Origin: Bacteroidales bacterium
GTDB taxonomy: Bacteria; Bacteroidota; Bacteroidia; Bacteroidales; UBA10428
Direction: 5' to 3'
Assembly (NCBI GenBank): GCA_016934055.1
Contig: JAFGTR010000124.1
Location: forward strand, 2,988-66,987
Length of the DNA stretch: 64,000 nt
In this document: positions 47,984 through 58,550 of the stretch, piece after piece
How the letters are laid out: each line of letters starts with the position of its first letter
How positions within the stretch are numbered: position 1 is the first letter of the stretch
The notes under the pieces: model-generated
What the model saw: only the letters and a program-made list of their open reading frames with translations
Told to the model about the DNA's origin: nothing
Databases searched by the model: none
Made by a program: the position numbers and the translations under genes

Positions 47984-49204
47984 TCAGGCTGCTTTTAATC
48001 TTTGAAGGTTCACTTTTTCAATCTTTGCCCGGGCATAATCTGCTGTAATATTAATTTCGCTTTCATCTCCTGAAGGCAGTTCAAACATAGCATCAATCAT
48101 AATGGCTTCACAAATGGAACGCAATCCACGGGCTCCGAGTTTAAACTCAATGGCTTTATCAACAATATAATTCAGTGATCCTTCCTCAAAGTTCAGCTTT
48201 ATACCGTCGAGCTCAAAAAGTCTGATATACTGTTTGATAATAGCATTTTTTGGTTCTGTAAGAATGCTGCGTAAGGCTTTCCGGTCTAACGGATGCAGAT
48301 AGGTTAACATGGGCAGACGGCCGATTATTTCGGGGATCATCCCATAAGCACGGAGGTCCTGTGGTGCAATATATTGCATGAGGTTATTCCTGTCAATGAT
48401 ATCAGACTTCCGAACAGCATTATACCCAACAACTGTTGTGTTGAGGCGTTGTGCAATTTTTCTTTCAATACCTTCAAAAGCCCCGCCGCAAATAAAGAGT
48501 ATATTGCGGGTATCCACAGGTATCATTTTCTGATCGGGATGTTTGCGGCCTCCCTGAGGCGGCACATTAACAACCGATCCTTCCAGGAGCTTCAGTAAAC
48601 CTTGTTGTACACCTTCTCCTGATACATCACGTGTAATTGAAGGATTATCGCCTTTACGCGCAATTTTATCAATTTCATCAATGAATACAATGCCCTTTTC
48701 AGCTGCTTCAAGGTTATAATCGGCCACCTGAAGCAGACGTGTAAGAATGCTCTCTATATCTTCACCAACATAGCCGGCTTCGGTAAGGACCGTTGCATCC
48801 ACTATGGTAAAAGGCACATGCAGTAACTTGGCTATTGTTCTTGCCAACAGAGTCTTACCTGTACCCGTTTCTCCCACAAGGATAATGTTTGCCTTTTCAA
48901 TCTCAACATCATCTGTGTCTTTCCGGTTGGCCTGCAATAACCGTTTATAATGATTATAAACAGCAACAGAAATGATCTTTTTCGCTTCTTCCTGACCAAT
49001 AACATAAAGATCAAGAAATTTTTTTATCTCCTTTGGCTTAAGCAGCTTAATTGAATTAAGATCAAAAGGATGAGTCTTTTTCAACTCTTCCTGCACTATT
49101 TCATAAGCCTGTTCCACACAGCTGTCGCATATATGTCCCGAAATGCCAGCTATCAGCAGATTGGTCTCCCTCTTGTCACGCCCGCAAAAAGAACATTTGT
49201 CCAT
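47984..49204 (-). CDS. clpX: ATP-dependent Clp protease ATP-binding subunit ClpX
   Basis: 406-aa ORF. N-terminal zinc ribbon CSFCGR...CDSC. Walker A is [11 protein letters not shown] and Walker B is [10 protein letters not shown]. Confidence 0.96.
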   Translation of the reverse strand: MDKCSFCGRDKRETNLLIAGISGHICDSCVEQAYEIVQEELKKTHPFDLNSIKLLKPKEIKKFLDLYVIGQEEAKKIISVAVYNHYKRLLQANRKDTDDVEIEKANIILVGETGTGKTLLARTIAKLLHVPFTIVDATVLTEAGYVGEDIESILTRLLQVADYNLEAAEKGIVFIDEIDKIARKGDNPSITRDVSGEGVQQGLLKLLEGSVVNVPPQGGRKHPDQKMIPVDTRNILFICGGAFEGIERKIAQRLNTTVVGYNAVRKSDIIDRNNLMQYIAPQDLRAYGMIPEIIGRLPMLTYLHPLDRKALRSILTEPKNAIIKQYIRLFELDGIKLNFEEGSLNYIVDKAIEFKLGARGLRSICEAIMIDAMFELPSGDESEINITADYARAKIEKVNLQRLKAA

Positions 49205-49279
49205 CGATATAACCTATTTATTTACTTATTTTTAACGTAAGCCGTTCAACAAAGTTACTATACCTGTTTTAAATAATCA

Positions 49280-49960
49280 CTATTTCTTTTTAGTTCTTTC
49301 CAACACTTCATCAATCATTCCATATTCCCTGGCTTCATTAGCGGTCATCCAGTAATCGCGATCAGAATCCTTTTCAACTTTTTCAACCGGTTTACCGGTA
49401 TGAAGAGAGATGATATTGTACAGTTCCGTTCTTAGCTTCAGTATCTCACGGGTAGTGATTTCAATATCGGTAGCGGGGCCCTGGACACCACCGGCAGGGT
49501 GGTGTATCATAATCCGCGAGTGCTTAAGTGCCGACCTTTTCCCTTTTTCTCCTGCACACAGCAGCACTGCACCCATCGAAGCGGCCATACCTGTGCAAAT
49601 TGTGGCCACATCGCATGATATATATTGCATGGTGTCATATATGCCTAAACCGGCATGCACGGCTCCTCCCGGTGTATTGAAATATATCTGGATATCCTTT
49701 CCGGGATCAGCCGAATCAAGATAAAGAAGCTGGGCCTGAATGACATTGGCCACAAAATCATCAATAGGCAAACCCAGGAAAATGATCCTGTCCATCATCA
49801 GGCGGGAAAACACATCCATCTGGGCAACATTCAGTTGCCTTTCCTCAATGATGGTCGGGGAAATATAACTGTTGGTGACCGAAGTATACCGGTTAAGGCT
49901 CATACTGCTGATACCGTTACGATCAGATGCATATTTGCTAAAATCTCTGTATATATCCAT
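49280..49960 (-). CDS. clpP: ATP-dependent Clp protease proteolytic subunit ClpP
   Basis: 226-aa ORF with the catalytic contexts [11 protein letters not shown] (Ser) and IMIHHP (His). Confidence 0.95.
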   Translation of the reverse strand: MDIYRDFSKYASDRNGISSMSLNRYTSVTNSYISPTIIEERQLNVAQMDVFSRLMMDRIIFLGLPIDDFVANVIQAQLLYLDSADPGKDIQIYFNTPGGAVHAGLGIYDTMQYISCDVATICTGMAASMGAVLLCAGEKGKRSALKHSRIMIHHPAGGVQGPATDIEITTREILKLRTELYNIISLHTGKPVEKVEKDSDRDYWMTANEAREYGMIDEVLERTKKK

Positions 49961-50114
49961 AGTCTTAATGTTTTAATGAATTTATTCTGAACACCCGCAA
50001 GGTATATGATTAACCAAATTTAACAATTGTTGTTCAATTAATTCCGGGCCAACATGTTGATTTATCAAATAAAGTTCATGGTAAATCTTTGAACTGTCAA
50101 CTGTGTACTATATC

Positions 50115-51473
50115 TTATTTCTCCAGCATCTTATTAAATTTTTCAAGTGTGACCTCTTTCTCATCGAGTTTCACATTTTTCCTGACCAGGTCAAACACCT
50201 TATTCTCATTTAGTTTTTCGGCATACCGCCGGATCTCAGATTTATTCTTCAAAGCTTCTTCAACATAATTGGCGAGTGTTTCTTCGGGCACATTGGCAAT
50301 GCCATAATACTGCATAAACTGCATCCGGTAATTATACTGAATAAACGCCCTTAACTCTTCTTCTTTAATCTGAATGTCATTTTCCCGGGTTATCTTCGAT
50401 TTAATCAATTGCCATTTAAGATCCCCGGTGAACTGTTCAAAGTCCTTTTCCAACTGTTCTTCATTGAGTTTTCCTTCGTTGACCTTTAAAAGCCATCTTT
50501 TAAGAAAGTCAGCCGGCAGATTCTTTTTGAACTTTTTCAGATAATAATCTTTCACATCCAGGGAGAATTTGTATTCACTTTCGCGCTCAAAAGTAGCGGT
50601 AAGTTCTTTATCGATTTGCTGAGTGAATTCCTCAGGGGTTTTCACCACATCATTCCCGTATACTTTATCATAGAATTCCTGGTTTAATTCAGGTTTCTCA
50701 AATACAGAAACCGATTTAATTGTAAGCCTGAATTCATCCCTGATCTCTTTGAGTTTCTCCTTGTCAGTCTTAAGCATGGCAGCCAGATCGACTTCATTGG
50801 GGTATGCCCTGACAAGATCAACAACAAGCTGATCTCCTGCCCGTTTTCCCTTTAACCTTTTTCTGATTTTCTCATCTTTCATGTAGTCAAGGTGCATTGA
50901 AACATCCTCCACCTTAATCCCTTCAGGCACAGGTTCACCATCTTTATCCACCTGAACGATATCAGCCTTTATCATTTCATTGCCGGAAACCTCCTGTGTT
51001 TCCCTGAAGCTTCCGAAGCGGAATCTAAGCCTGTCGATATGCTGATTACGGGCTTCGTTGTCAATTTTAATCTTATAAAACGGTATCTTTTCCTTGTTGT
51101 TTACAGGTGCGTCAAAGTCGGGGGCAATACCGATATCAAATACAAATTCAAATTCGGTTTGCGTATCCCAGTCTATTTCAGGAGCATTATCTTCGTGCGG
51201 TAGAGGATCTCCCAAAATCATGAGGTTTTCTTTCCTGAAATAATCATTCAGCGATTCTTCCAGTATTTTGTTGACCTCTTCGGCAAGGACCTGTTTACCG
51301 GCTATTTTCCTTATCATGCCCATGGGAACCATTCCCGGCCTGAAACCATCTATTTTGGCTTTCTTCCTGTAGTCTTTCAGGATGCTTTCAACTTTCTGCC
51401 CGTAATCTGACTTCTCAATAATAATTTTCACTACTGCATTCAGCTCATCAATGTTGTTTCTTGTAATATTCAT
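50115..51473 (-). CDS. tig: trigger factor
   Basis: 452-aa acidic ORF with FRPGMVPMGMIRK (the GFRxGxxP ribosome-binding loop). Lies upstream of clpP-clpX as in many bacteria. Confidence 0.88.
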   Translation of the reverse strand: MNITRNNIDELNAVVKIIIEKSDYGQKVESILKDYRKKAKIDGFRPGMVPMGMIRKIAGKQVLAEEVNKILEESLNDYFRKENLMILGDPLPHEDNAPEIDWDTQTEFEFVFDIGIAPDFDAPVNNKEKIPFYKIKIDNEARNQHIDRLRFRFGSFRETQEVSGNEMIKADIVQVDKDGEPVPEGIKVEDVSMHLDYMKDEKIRKRLKGKRAGDQLVVDLVRAYPNEVDLAAMLKTDKEKLKEIRDEFRLTIKSVSVFEKPELNQEFYDKVYGNDVVKTPEEFTQQIDKELTATFERESEYKFSLDVKDYYLKKFKKNLPADFLKRWLLKVNEGKLNEEQLEKDFEQFTGDLKWQLIKSKITRENDIQIKEEELRAFIQYNYRMQFMQYYGIANVPEETLANYVEEALKNKSEIRRYAEKLNENKVFDLVRKNVKLDEKEVTLEKFNKMLEK

Positions 51474-51569
51474 CCAATGCCTTCTTAATATGTTTAACCA
51501 ATGAATTAAATCTCAAAATACTTTAAGGTATTATATACACCATTCCTTATCCTTTAAAACTCTTTTTCG

Positions 51570-51632
51570 TCAAACAGCACAGCTTGTTGTCTCTCTTTTG
51601 GCTATCCTGAATGTGTGCGGATGAAGGGACTC
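51570..51632 (-). repeat. duplicate of the tRNA-Leu 3' end plus 46 nt of its downstream flank (truncated pseudo-tRNA fragment)
   Basis: 51570-51632 matches 51720-51782 at 62 of 63 positions (C/T at 51580/51730). The last 17 nt (51616-51632) equal the 3' acceptor/T-arm end of the tRNA at 51766-51782. Confidence 0.85.
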
Positions 51633-51765
51633 CCCGATCGTGCAGTTCTAACTCATCTTAATGATTTCGCAGAACTGCATCATCGTGGTAAACTTCTCGT
51701 CCCTTTGCTCCTTTTGTTATCAAACAGCATAGCTTGTTGTCTCTCTTTTGGCTATCCTGAATGTG

Positions 51766-51847
51766 TGCGGATGAAGGGACTCGAACCCCCACGCCTTTCG
51801 GCACAAGATCCTAAGTCTTGCGCGGCTACCAATTACGCCACATCCGC
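51766..51847 (-). tRNA. tRNA-Leu (anticodon UAG), class II with a long variable arm
   Basis: Minus strand: GCGGATG-TG-GCGTAATTGGTAGCCGC-G-CAAGA-CT TAG GA-TCTTG-TGCCGAAAGGCGTG-GGGGG-TTCGAGT-CCCTT-CATCCGC-A. There is a 7-bp acceptor stem, a 5-bp anticodon stem and a TTCGAGT T-loop. CCA is not encoded. Confidence 0.85.
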
Positions 51848-51878
51848 ATATCCTGATAACATACCTGCAAAACCGGCG

Positions 51879-51907
51879 CAAAGTTATTATTTTTTCGCTG
51901 AACCAAA
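51879..51907 (-). promoter_or_regulatory. possible promoter for tRNA-Leu
   Basis: Minus strand: TTTG (51907-51904), a 17-nt spacer, then TAACTTTG (51886-51879), about 30 nt upstream of the tRNA 5' end. The spacer is shorter than the 19-21 nt consensus. Confidence 0.35.
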
Positions 51908-52050
51908 AGCATTCAAAAAAGCTTTATTTAGCGTCTGTATTTTTTTGCCTGAAAATAGCAGGATGTAACAAAATGACATAAGAGACAGGACATATTATTT
52001 TCGTATCAGGTTTCAGGTGTAAAAGGATTTCTGTTAACAAATAAATCCAG

Positions 52051-52071
52051 CCCTGCCCCTCCCGGGAGGGG
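52051..52071 (-). repeat. short GC-rich hairpin element (C-rich arm / G-rich arm followed by CAGGG)
   Basis: Minus strand: CCCCTC-CCGG-GAGGGG-CAGGG. A related element lies at 63474-63497 on the plus strand. It sits about 85 nt downstream of the lptB stop, so it may act as a terminator. Confidence 0.5.
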
Positions 52072-52155
52072 ATTATCAGTTATCACCCCAGCGTTAAGAC
52101 CAAAGCCTGTATAAAACCGTTCACCTTTCACTGTTTACCGAACACCCTTTCATCT

Positions 52156-52878
52156 CTATCTCAGCTCAAAATTCTTCCCCAGATAGACCCGCCTTACCTG
52201 TTCATCTTCAGCCAACTCCTGTGACGTGCCCTGCTTCAGAATTTCCCCTTCGAACAACAGGTAAGCCCTGTCAGTTATTGACAAGGTTTCATGAACATTA
52301 TGATCGGTTATTAATATTCCTATATTTTTAACTTTAAGGCTTGAAACTATATTCTGGATGTCCTCTACTGCAATTGGGTCAACACCGGCAAAAGGTTCAT
52401 CAAGCAGGATAAAACTGGGTTTTAAAGCCAGAGCCCTGGCTATCTCAGTACGTCGTCTTTCTCCCCCTGACAATTGTATGCCCAGACTTTTTCTGATCTT
52501 CTGCAAACCAAATTCATTGATCAGCGATTCCACCCTTGACCGTTGTTCTTCTTTTGACAAACTGGTCATTTCAAGTATAGCCTTGAGGTTGTCTTCCACG
52601 CTGAGTCTGCGAAAAACAGAAGCTTCCTGCGCCAGATATCCGATACCTTTCTGGGCCCTGCGATATACCGGTTCGTGTGTGATATTCTCATTGTCGAGAT
52701 AGATGTTCCCTTCATTGGGAGAGATAAGCCCGACAATCATATAAAATGATGTCGTCTTGCCGGCACCATTCGGTCCGAGCAGTCCCACAATCTCACCCTG
52801 CTCAACATGAATGGAAACGTTTTTAACCACTGTCCGTGACCGGTACCTCTTAACCAGATTATCTGTTCTGAGAATCAT
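52156..52878 (-). CDS. lptB: LPS export ABC transporter ATP-binding protein LptB
   Basis: 240-aa ORF. Walker A is GPNGAGKTT, the signature is LSGGERRR and Walker B is ILLDEPFAG. The length and termini match the LptB type rather than a generic ABC ATPase. Confidence 0.82.
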   Translation of the reverse strand: MILRTDNLVKRYRSRTVVKNVSIHVEQGEIVGLLGPNGAGKTTSFYMIVGLISPNEGNIYLDNENITHEPVYRRAQKGIGYLAQEASVFRRLSVEDNLKAILEMTSLSKEEQRSRVESLINEFGLQKIRKSLGIQLSGGERRRTEIARALALKPSFILLDEPFAGVDPIAVEDIQNIVSSLKVKNIGILITDHNVHETLSITDRAYLLFEGEILKQGTSQELAEDEQVRRVYLGKNFELR

Positions 52879-52896
52879 ATAATTTTTTTTTATTAG

Positions 52897-53715
52897 CTAT
52901 CCGGCCAAATCAGCACTTTCTTTCTGATATGTACGCCTGGATATTAAAATGCTTATCTCATAAAGGAAAAATAAGGGAAACGCAACCAGCAACTGGCTGA
53001 AAACATCGGGAGAAGGTGTGATTATAGCTGCCAGAAGGAGGATGGCCACAATGGCATGTTTTCTGAATTTTTTCAGGAAATCCGGTGTGACAAGTCCGAT
53101 CCTGGTTAAAAAATAAACCACAGCCGGCAGTTCAAAAACAACGCCTGCCGCCATGCCAATGCCGGTAATGGTTGAAACATAAGACATCAACTTGATATTA
53201 TTCTGGGCCATATCGCTTACACGATAATTAAAAAGGAAATTGACTGTAAGAGGGCAAATTACATAATAACCAAATAAAACACCTGTAAAGAACAAAAATG
53301 AGACAGCCAGAACAGCTCCCCTTGCTGCTCTGCGCTCTTTACTGTATAACGCAGGCCTTACAAACTTCCAGAACTCATAAAACACATAGGGAGAAGCTAT
53401 AACAAGCCCGGCAATAACAGAGATCTTTATATGGGTGGTAAACTGGCCTGCCATCTCTATGCTTTGCAACACCATCGGCCTGGTATTGAGGCATAATTTC
53501 GGAATATCCAGGGCAACACCAAGCCTGCAAAGTAATCTGTTTGTTAAAAAATCAGCTCTGCTGGGTCCCAGAATAATCAAATCAAAGACAATGTGCTTAT
53601 ACATAAAAGCCAATACAGCAATAACAACAATAGCCACAGCTGAACGGATCAAATGCCAGCGCAACTCCTCAAGGTGCTCAAGAAAAGTCATATCCCCCTT
53701 ATGTTTGTCTGTCAT
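52897..53715 (-). CDS. tatC: twin-arginine translocase subunit TatC
   Basis: 272-aa, six-TM ORF with MTFLEHLEELRWHLIRS, the TatC N-terminal motif. Confidence 0.88.
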   Translation of the reverse strand: MTDKHKGDMTFLEHLEELRWHLIRSAVAIVVIAVLAFMYKHIVFDLIILGPSRADFLTNRLLCRLGVALDIPKLCLNTRPMVLQSIEMAGQFTTHIKISVIAGLVIASPYVFYEFWKFVRPALYSKERRAARGAVLAVSFLFFTGVLFGYYVICPLTVNFLFNYRVSDMAQNNIKLMSYVSTITGIGMAAGVVFELPAVVYFLTRIGLVTPDFLKKFRKHAIVAILLLAAIITPSPDVFSQLLVAFPLFFLYEISILISRRTYQKESADLAG

Positions 53716-53945
53716 TTTTGATACAGCCTATAATAATACACCACTAAAAAATAGCGTTTCAATGCTGGTCAATGTGTAAAAAAATTACTAATTTAGTTTA
53801 CAAATGTATTGATTATTCTGAATTTTCAAGATCATCAGATGATTTGAAAAAGCTTTTCTTCCACACGATAACAATTTTATCATTATTATCGTATATCATC
53901 TGTTAAATGATCATATTATAACCGGTTGTTGTTTTATCATCTCCT

Positions 53946-56165
53946 GTGGATAATTTGAAAAATACGCCAGAAATGAGTGTCGGAACTGAAATTTCATTAA
54001 TTGAAGTTTTAAAGAAGCATTTTGGATTCACAAGTTTTAAAGGGAATCAGGAGCTTATTATCCGCAATGTAATGGCCGGTAATGATACCTTTGTTTTGAT
54101 GCCGACCGGAGGGGGCAAGTCTCTTTGTTATCAGCTTCCGGCGCTGATACTGGAAGGAACCGCCATTGTTATTTCACCACTGATAGCCTTAATGAAAAAC
54201 CAGGTTGATTCAATGCGCAGTTTCAGTGAAGATGACGGCGTTGCCCATTTTCTGAACTCTTCATTGAACAAAGCCGCTATTGCCAAAGTCAAACATGATA
54301 TAATTGAAGGCAGGACCAAACTGCTTTACATTGCCCCTGAATCATTGACAAAAGAAGATAATATTCAGTTTCTCAAACAGGTTAAGATTTCCTTCTATGC
54401 CATTGATGAAGCCCATTGTATTTCGGAATGGGGCCATGATTTCAGACCGGAATACCGCCGTATAAGGCCTATTATCAATGATATCGGCCCGGCGCCTACC
54501 ATTGCATTAACTGCCACGGCAACACCTAAAGTTCAACATGACATTCAGAAAAACCTGGGCATGCTGGATGCCAATGTTTTTAAGTCATCTTTCAGAAGAC
54601 CTAATCTTTATTATGAAGTCAGGCCCAAAAAAAATGTAACCAAGGAGATCATCAAATATATCAAGAACAACCACGGTAAATCAGGTATTATTTATTGCCT
54701 CAGCCGAAAAAAGGTGGAAGAACTTGCAGAAACCTTAAAGGTGAACGGCATCAAAGTCCTGCCTTATCATGCAGGTCTTGATTCAGCCACACGAAGCACA
54801 AACCAGGATAAATTCCTCCTTGAAGAAGTGGATGTTATCGTTGCTACTATTGCTTTTGGTATGGGAATTGACAAACCTGATGTGCGCTTTGTCATTCATT
54901 ACGACATCCCCAAAAGCCTTGAAGGTTATTACCAGGAAACAGGAAGGGCAGGCCGCGATGGCGGAGAAGGAAAATGTATTGCTTTTTACAGCTATAAGGA
55001 TATACAGAAACTGGAAAAATTCATGCAGGGGAAACCCATTGCAGAACAAGAGATCGGAAAGCAATTATTGCTTGAAACCGTGGCCTACGCTGAGTCATCA
55101 GTATGCCGGCCAAAAATGCTGCTCAATTATTTTGGTGAAGAAATGAAAGGCAGATGCGAAAATTGTGATAACTGCCTGCATCCCAAAACAAATTTCGAAG
55201 GAAAAGACTATATCATCAAAGTTTTAAAAGTTATAATCGCAGCCGGCGAAAAATTCAAAGCCGATCATATATCAGCAATAATATCCGGTGTTAAAACCAG
55301 TGCGATCAAATCATACAATCATCATCTCCTTGATGAATTCGGATCGGGAAAAGACAAAGATGAAAAATTCTGGAAAATGGTCATCCGCCAGGCCCTCATC
55401 GCCCGGCTGATACAAAAGGATATTGAGAATTACGGATTATTGAAGGTCACTGCAAAAGGATTGGAATACATAAAGAATCCTTTCTCTGTTATGCTATCAG
55501 AAGATCACGACTATTCAGATACAGACGAAGAAGTAGAAAGTATGGCCGGACCCGAAAGGCCGGGGACTGTTGACGAAGAATTGTTTAATATCCTTAAAAA
55601 CCTGCGAAAAAAAATCTCAAAACAGTTTAATCTTCCGCCTTTTGTGATATTCCAGGATCCTTCACTCGAAGATATGGCCATCCAGTATCCTGTTACTATT
55701 GAAGAACTGCAGAATATCACCGGCGTTGGAGCCGGAAAAGCCAAACGCTACGGGAAAGAATTCATTGAACTCATAAAGAGTTACGTAGACGAAAAAGAAA
55801 TCATCAGACCGCAGGATATGGTGGTAAAATCTGTTGTTAACAAAAGCGGTCTGAAAGTCTATATCATACAAAGCATCGACCGGAAAATGGACCTCGAAGA
55901 TATTGCCTCAGCTAAAAATCTGGAAATGAGTAATCTGCTTGACGAAATTGAGGCTATCGTCAACTCAGGCACACGTCTGAACCTCGATTATTATATTAAC
56001 AGCATCCTCGATGATGAACATCAGCAGGAAGTATTTGACTACTTTCGCGAAGAAGCTGAGACCGAATCTCTGGAGGCAGCCTTGCAGGAACTCGGGGAAG
56101 ACAATTACACCGAAGAGGAAATAAGGCTGATGCGGATCAAATTTATATCGGAAATGGGAAATTAA
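53946..56165 (+). CDS. recQ: ATP-dependent DNA helicase RecQ
   Basis: Helicase motifs: MPTGGGKSLCYQLPA, AIDEAHCISEWGHDFRPEY, TATAT and QETGRAGRDG. RecQ zinc-binding Cys cluster CR...CENCDNC. HRDC-like region FVIFQDPSLEDMA. Start is GTG 53946 or ATG 53973. Confidence 0.93.
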   Translation: MDNLKNTPEMSVGTEISLIEVLKKHFGFTSFKGNQELIIRNVMAGNDTFVLMPTGGGKSLCYQLPALILEGTAIVISPLIALMKNQVDSMRSFSEDDGVAHFLNSSLNKAAIAKVKHDIIEGRTKLLYIAPESLTKEDNIQFLKQVKISFYAIDEAHCISEWGHDFRPEYRRIRPIINDIGPAPTIALTATATPKVQHDIQKNLGMLDANVFKSSFRRPNLYYEVRPKKNVTKEIIKYIKNNHGKSGIIYCLSRKKVEELAETLKVNGIKVLPYHAGLDSATRSTNQDKFLLEEVDVIVATIAFGMGIDKPDVRFVIHYDIPKSLEGYYQETGRAGRDGGEGKCIAFYSYKDIQKLEKFMQGKPIAEQEIGKQLLLETVAYAESSVCRPKMLLNYFGEEMKGRCENCDNCLHPKTNFEGKDYIIKVLKVIIAAGEKFKADHISAIISGVKTSAIKSYNHHLLDEFGSGKDKDEKFWKMVIRQALIARLIQKDIENYGLLKVTAKGLEYIKNPFSVMLSEDHDYSDTDEEVESMAGPERPGTVDEELFNILKNLRKKISKQFNLPPFVIFQDPSLEDMAIQYPVTIEELQNITGVGAGKAKRYGKEFIELIKSYVDEKEIIRPQDMVVKSVVNKSGLKVYIIQSIDRKMDLEDIASAKNLEMSNLLDEIEAIVNSGTRLNLDYYINSILDDEHQQEVFDYFREEAETESLEAALQELGEDNYTEEEIRLMRIKFISEMGN

Positions 56166-56256
56166 TGTTGTGTAAATAAGATAAAACCCGGAATCAATCA
56201 ACAGGTTTTATTCTCTTTTTTTAGGATCTCAACATCATTTTTATAAAAGAAAAGCC

Positions 56257-57288
56257 ATGAAAAAATTTGTACTTGTTATTGCAGGGCTTGGTCTCTTAAC
56301 AAATTCATTATTGCCGCAACAATCTCCTGTATTGACCTTTGAGACCCATGCCCTTAAAGCCGGGATTAATAACAACATGACACTTTGTCGTTATGCTGAT
56401 CCCGGGAGCGGCGGTGAGAACGTTGTCTGGGATTTTTCATCGCTGCAATCAACAAATGATTTTACCGGAAAACTCACTCCTCACACGCGGTCAAAAGCTT
56501 CAGAAGCTTTCAGTACGGCCAATACCATTCTGAATGAATTTAACACCCTGTTTTACCTCAGCGTCAGTCCATACAAGATAGAGCAAACCGGTTATTCAAC
56601 ACTGGACAATTCTGTTATGGTAACGTATAACAAACCATTTGTAAAAATGATGTTCCCCTTTGCTATGGGTGACAGCTATTCTGGTGAACTGTATGGATCA
56701 ATGAAGACAGGCAGCTTTGAATTTCCGCTGACAGGAAACTATGATGTAACAGCCGACGGTTACGGAAAACTAATATTGCCCGGTGATATAACCGTTGAAA
56801 ACACCCTCAGGGTAAAGACAGTAAAATCATATGAAATTGAGGCAACCGGATCAAAACAAAAAACCGAAGTGACAGTCTTCCGCTGGTATAACAGCTGCAA
56901 TCGCTATCCCCTGTTGGTGCTGGCCGCCATACAAACATCTTATGGTTCACGCACAAACTGTAAATACCAGGCTGCATATAATAATGTCATCAGTTTGCAG
57001 CCAACAGAAGCTGACAGTGAATTATTACCCTCTGTCCGCGTATTCCCGAATCCCGCTGTTGATTATCTGACACTGGAATATACTTTAACAGCCCCCGGAG
57101 ATGCGGTCATCGATGTATACAGCATCAACGGATCAAAAATGATTACCCTGCTTAATAAACAAATGGATGCAGGCTTATACCGGATCACCATTTCACCCGA
57201 AAAAGAAGGCCTTACCCCCGGCCATTATGTGATAAAGGCCAGTCTGCAAAAAACGGTGATTACGGAAGAAATCATTATTTCCAAATAA
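56257..57288 (+). CDS. secreted protein with a T9SS (Por) C-terminal sorting domain
   Basis: Signal peptide MKKFVLVIAGLGLLTNSLL. C-terminal VRVFPNPAVDYLTLEY...IDVYSINGSKMITLL...GLYRITIS...GHYVIKA is a type-A T9SS CTD pattern. The N-terminal body is unassigned. Confidence 0.75.
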   Translation: MKKFVLVIAGLGLLTNSLLPQQSPVLTFETHALKAGINNNMTLCRYADPGSGGENVVWDFSSLQSTNDFTGKLTPHTRSKASEAFSTANTILNEFNTLFYLSVSPYKIEQTGYSTLDNSVMVTYNKPFVKMMFPFAMGDSYSGELYGSMKTGSFEFPLTGNYDVTADGYGKLILPGDITVENTLRVKTVKSYEIEATGSKQKTEVTVFRWYNSCNRYPLLVLAAIQTSYGSRTNCKYQAAYNNVISLQPTEADSELLPSVRVFPNPAVDYLTLEYTLTAPGDAVIDVYSINGSKMITLLNKQMDAGLYRITISPEKEGLTPGHYVIKASLQKTVITEEIIISK

Positions 57289-57407
57289 CGGCTGATTTTA
57301 AAGATCCCCGGTTAACCTGGTATTTCAAACACCTGCAAGCAGGCTTTCATCTGCAGGAAAAAGGAGTGTTGTTTTGTGCTTTTGCCCTGTTTGCAGCATT
57401 TTTCCAT

Positions 57408-58526
57408 CTATAACTTCCTGTTCTTCCATGATATTGGGGCAAAAAAAGCTCTGATTGTAACCAACAACAAATAAAAAGGGTAAACAATACCCGACACCGC
57501 ATACACGGCCAGGTTGAATTTAAACCCGGCATAGTCTGATAAAGAGAACAAAAAGTAACCATCAGTCAGCAGCTTTATCATTATCATAACTGCAAAGAAC
57601 CATGGATGGTATCCGGCCATCATTAAACCCATGGCTGTCAACATTGCCATGTTTGCAAGAAATACCACCAGGGCAGAATACAGGATTTCTCTGTCGCGGT
57701 AACGGGTACTTTTTGAAATCCATCTTGACCTCTGCTGTATAAATCCGGCAAAGTTTGCTTCAGATTTGGTTGTTACAAAGGATAACCTGGATTTGAGGAC
57801 CCTGATATCCTTGCGAAAAGACTGTTTCATTTGCAGCAACAGGAAAGTATCATCGCCTGATGCTATTGCTTTTTGCATTGGATCATGAATGCCGGAATAT
57901 AACTCTTTGCGGTAACATAGATTTGCCCCGCTGCAAAATATGGGCTTCCCTCCCAGGGCTGAAGCCGCCCCGGCCCCTGTCAGGCTGATCAGTTCAAGCT
58001 GCTGAAAAAAATCAGGGAAACTCCTCCCTGATGACTCCGGCCTGACAAGTCCTATAACCATAGCCGGTGAAAAATCATTGCAGAATGAAGCCATAACCGA
58101 CAACCATTGTCTACCGGCCCTGCAATCAGCATCAGTTGTAATTATATAATCATGCCGGGCGTCTTTGATACCGGTATCAATAGCATTCTTTTTACCTGAT
58201 TTTCCGGCAGAAAGCGGTATCAAACTGAAATTGCCCTGCCGGCCGCAATATTCACCGGCAATCTCTGTTGATTTATCACGTGAATGATCATCAACAAGGA
58301 TAACCTCAAATTTCTCAACAGGATAATCCTGTAAAACAAGATCATGCAATATTCCCCCAAGGCGGGCTTCTTCATCACGAAAGGGTATGATCACAGAAAA
58401 GCAGGGGCCAGTTGCTTTTCCTTCCGGTATGTAGTCAGATGTTTTATTCCATCGGCAGATATAACCGCCAATCAACACAACATAAAGTAACCAGAACAGA
58501 AATGTGATCAGTGTAACGATAAGCAT
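57408..58526 (-). CDS. membrane-embedded family 2 glycosyltransferase of the processive (D,D,D,QxxRW) type
   Basis: An N-terminal TM helix, then FSVIIPFRDEE, ILVDDHSRD, TDADC, GDDTFLL and QQRSRWISK (a Q(R/Q)xRW-type motif), then C-terminal TM helices. Confidence 0.8.
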   Translation of the reverse strand: MLIVTLITFLFWLLYVVLIGGYICRWNKTSDYIPEGKATGPCFSVIIPFRDEEARLGGILHDLVLQDYPVEKFEVILVDDHSRDKSTEIAGEYCGRQGNFSLIPLSAGKSGKKNAIDTGIKDARHDYIITTDADCRAGRQWLSVMASFCNDFSPAMVIGLVRPESSGRSFPDFFQQLELISLTGAGAASALGGKPIFCSGANLCYRKELYSGIHDPMQKAIASGDDTFLLLQMKQSFRKDIRVLKSRLSFVTTKSEANFAGFIQQRSRWISKSTRYRDREILYSALVVFLANMAMLTAMGLMMAGYHPWFFAVMIMIKLLTDGYFLFSLSDYAGFKFNLAVYAVSGIVYPFYLLLVTIRAFFAPISWKNRKL

Positions 58527-58550
58527 GGGTAAAGGTAAAAGACAAATCCA

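Noticed and set aside
51570-51782. The tRNA-Leu 3'-end duplication interpreted as attL/attR of an integrated mobile element.
   Set aside because: Only 87 nt separate the copies and no integrase or cargo is present. The repeat also extends 46 nt beyond the tRNA into the flank, which is not the pattern left by tRNA-targeting integrases. It is kept as a finding, but as a local duplication or structured-RNA candidate.
51615-51968. 117-aa plus-strand ORF from the ORF track (MRMKGLPDR...CVRMKGLEPPRL...).
   Set aside because: It runs antisense across the tRNA-Leu gene and the duplicated tRNA fragment. The repeated CVRMKGL simply translates the DNA repeat, so it is spurious.
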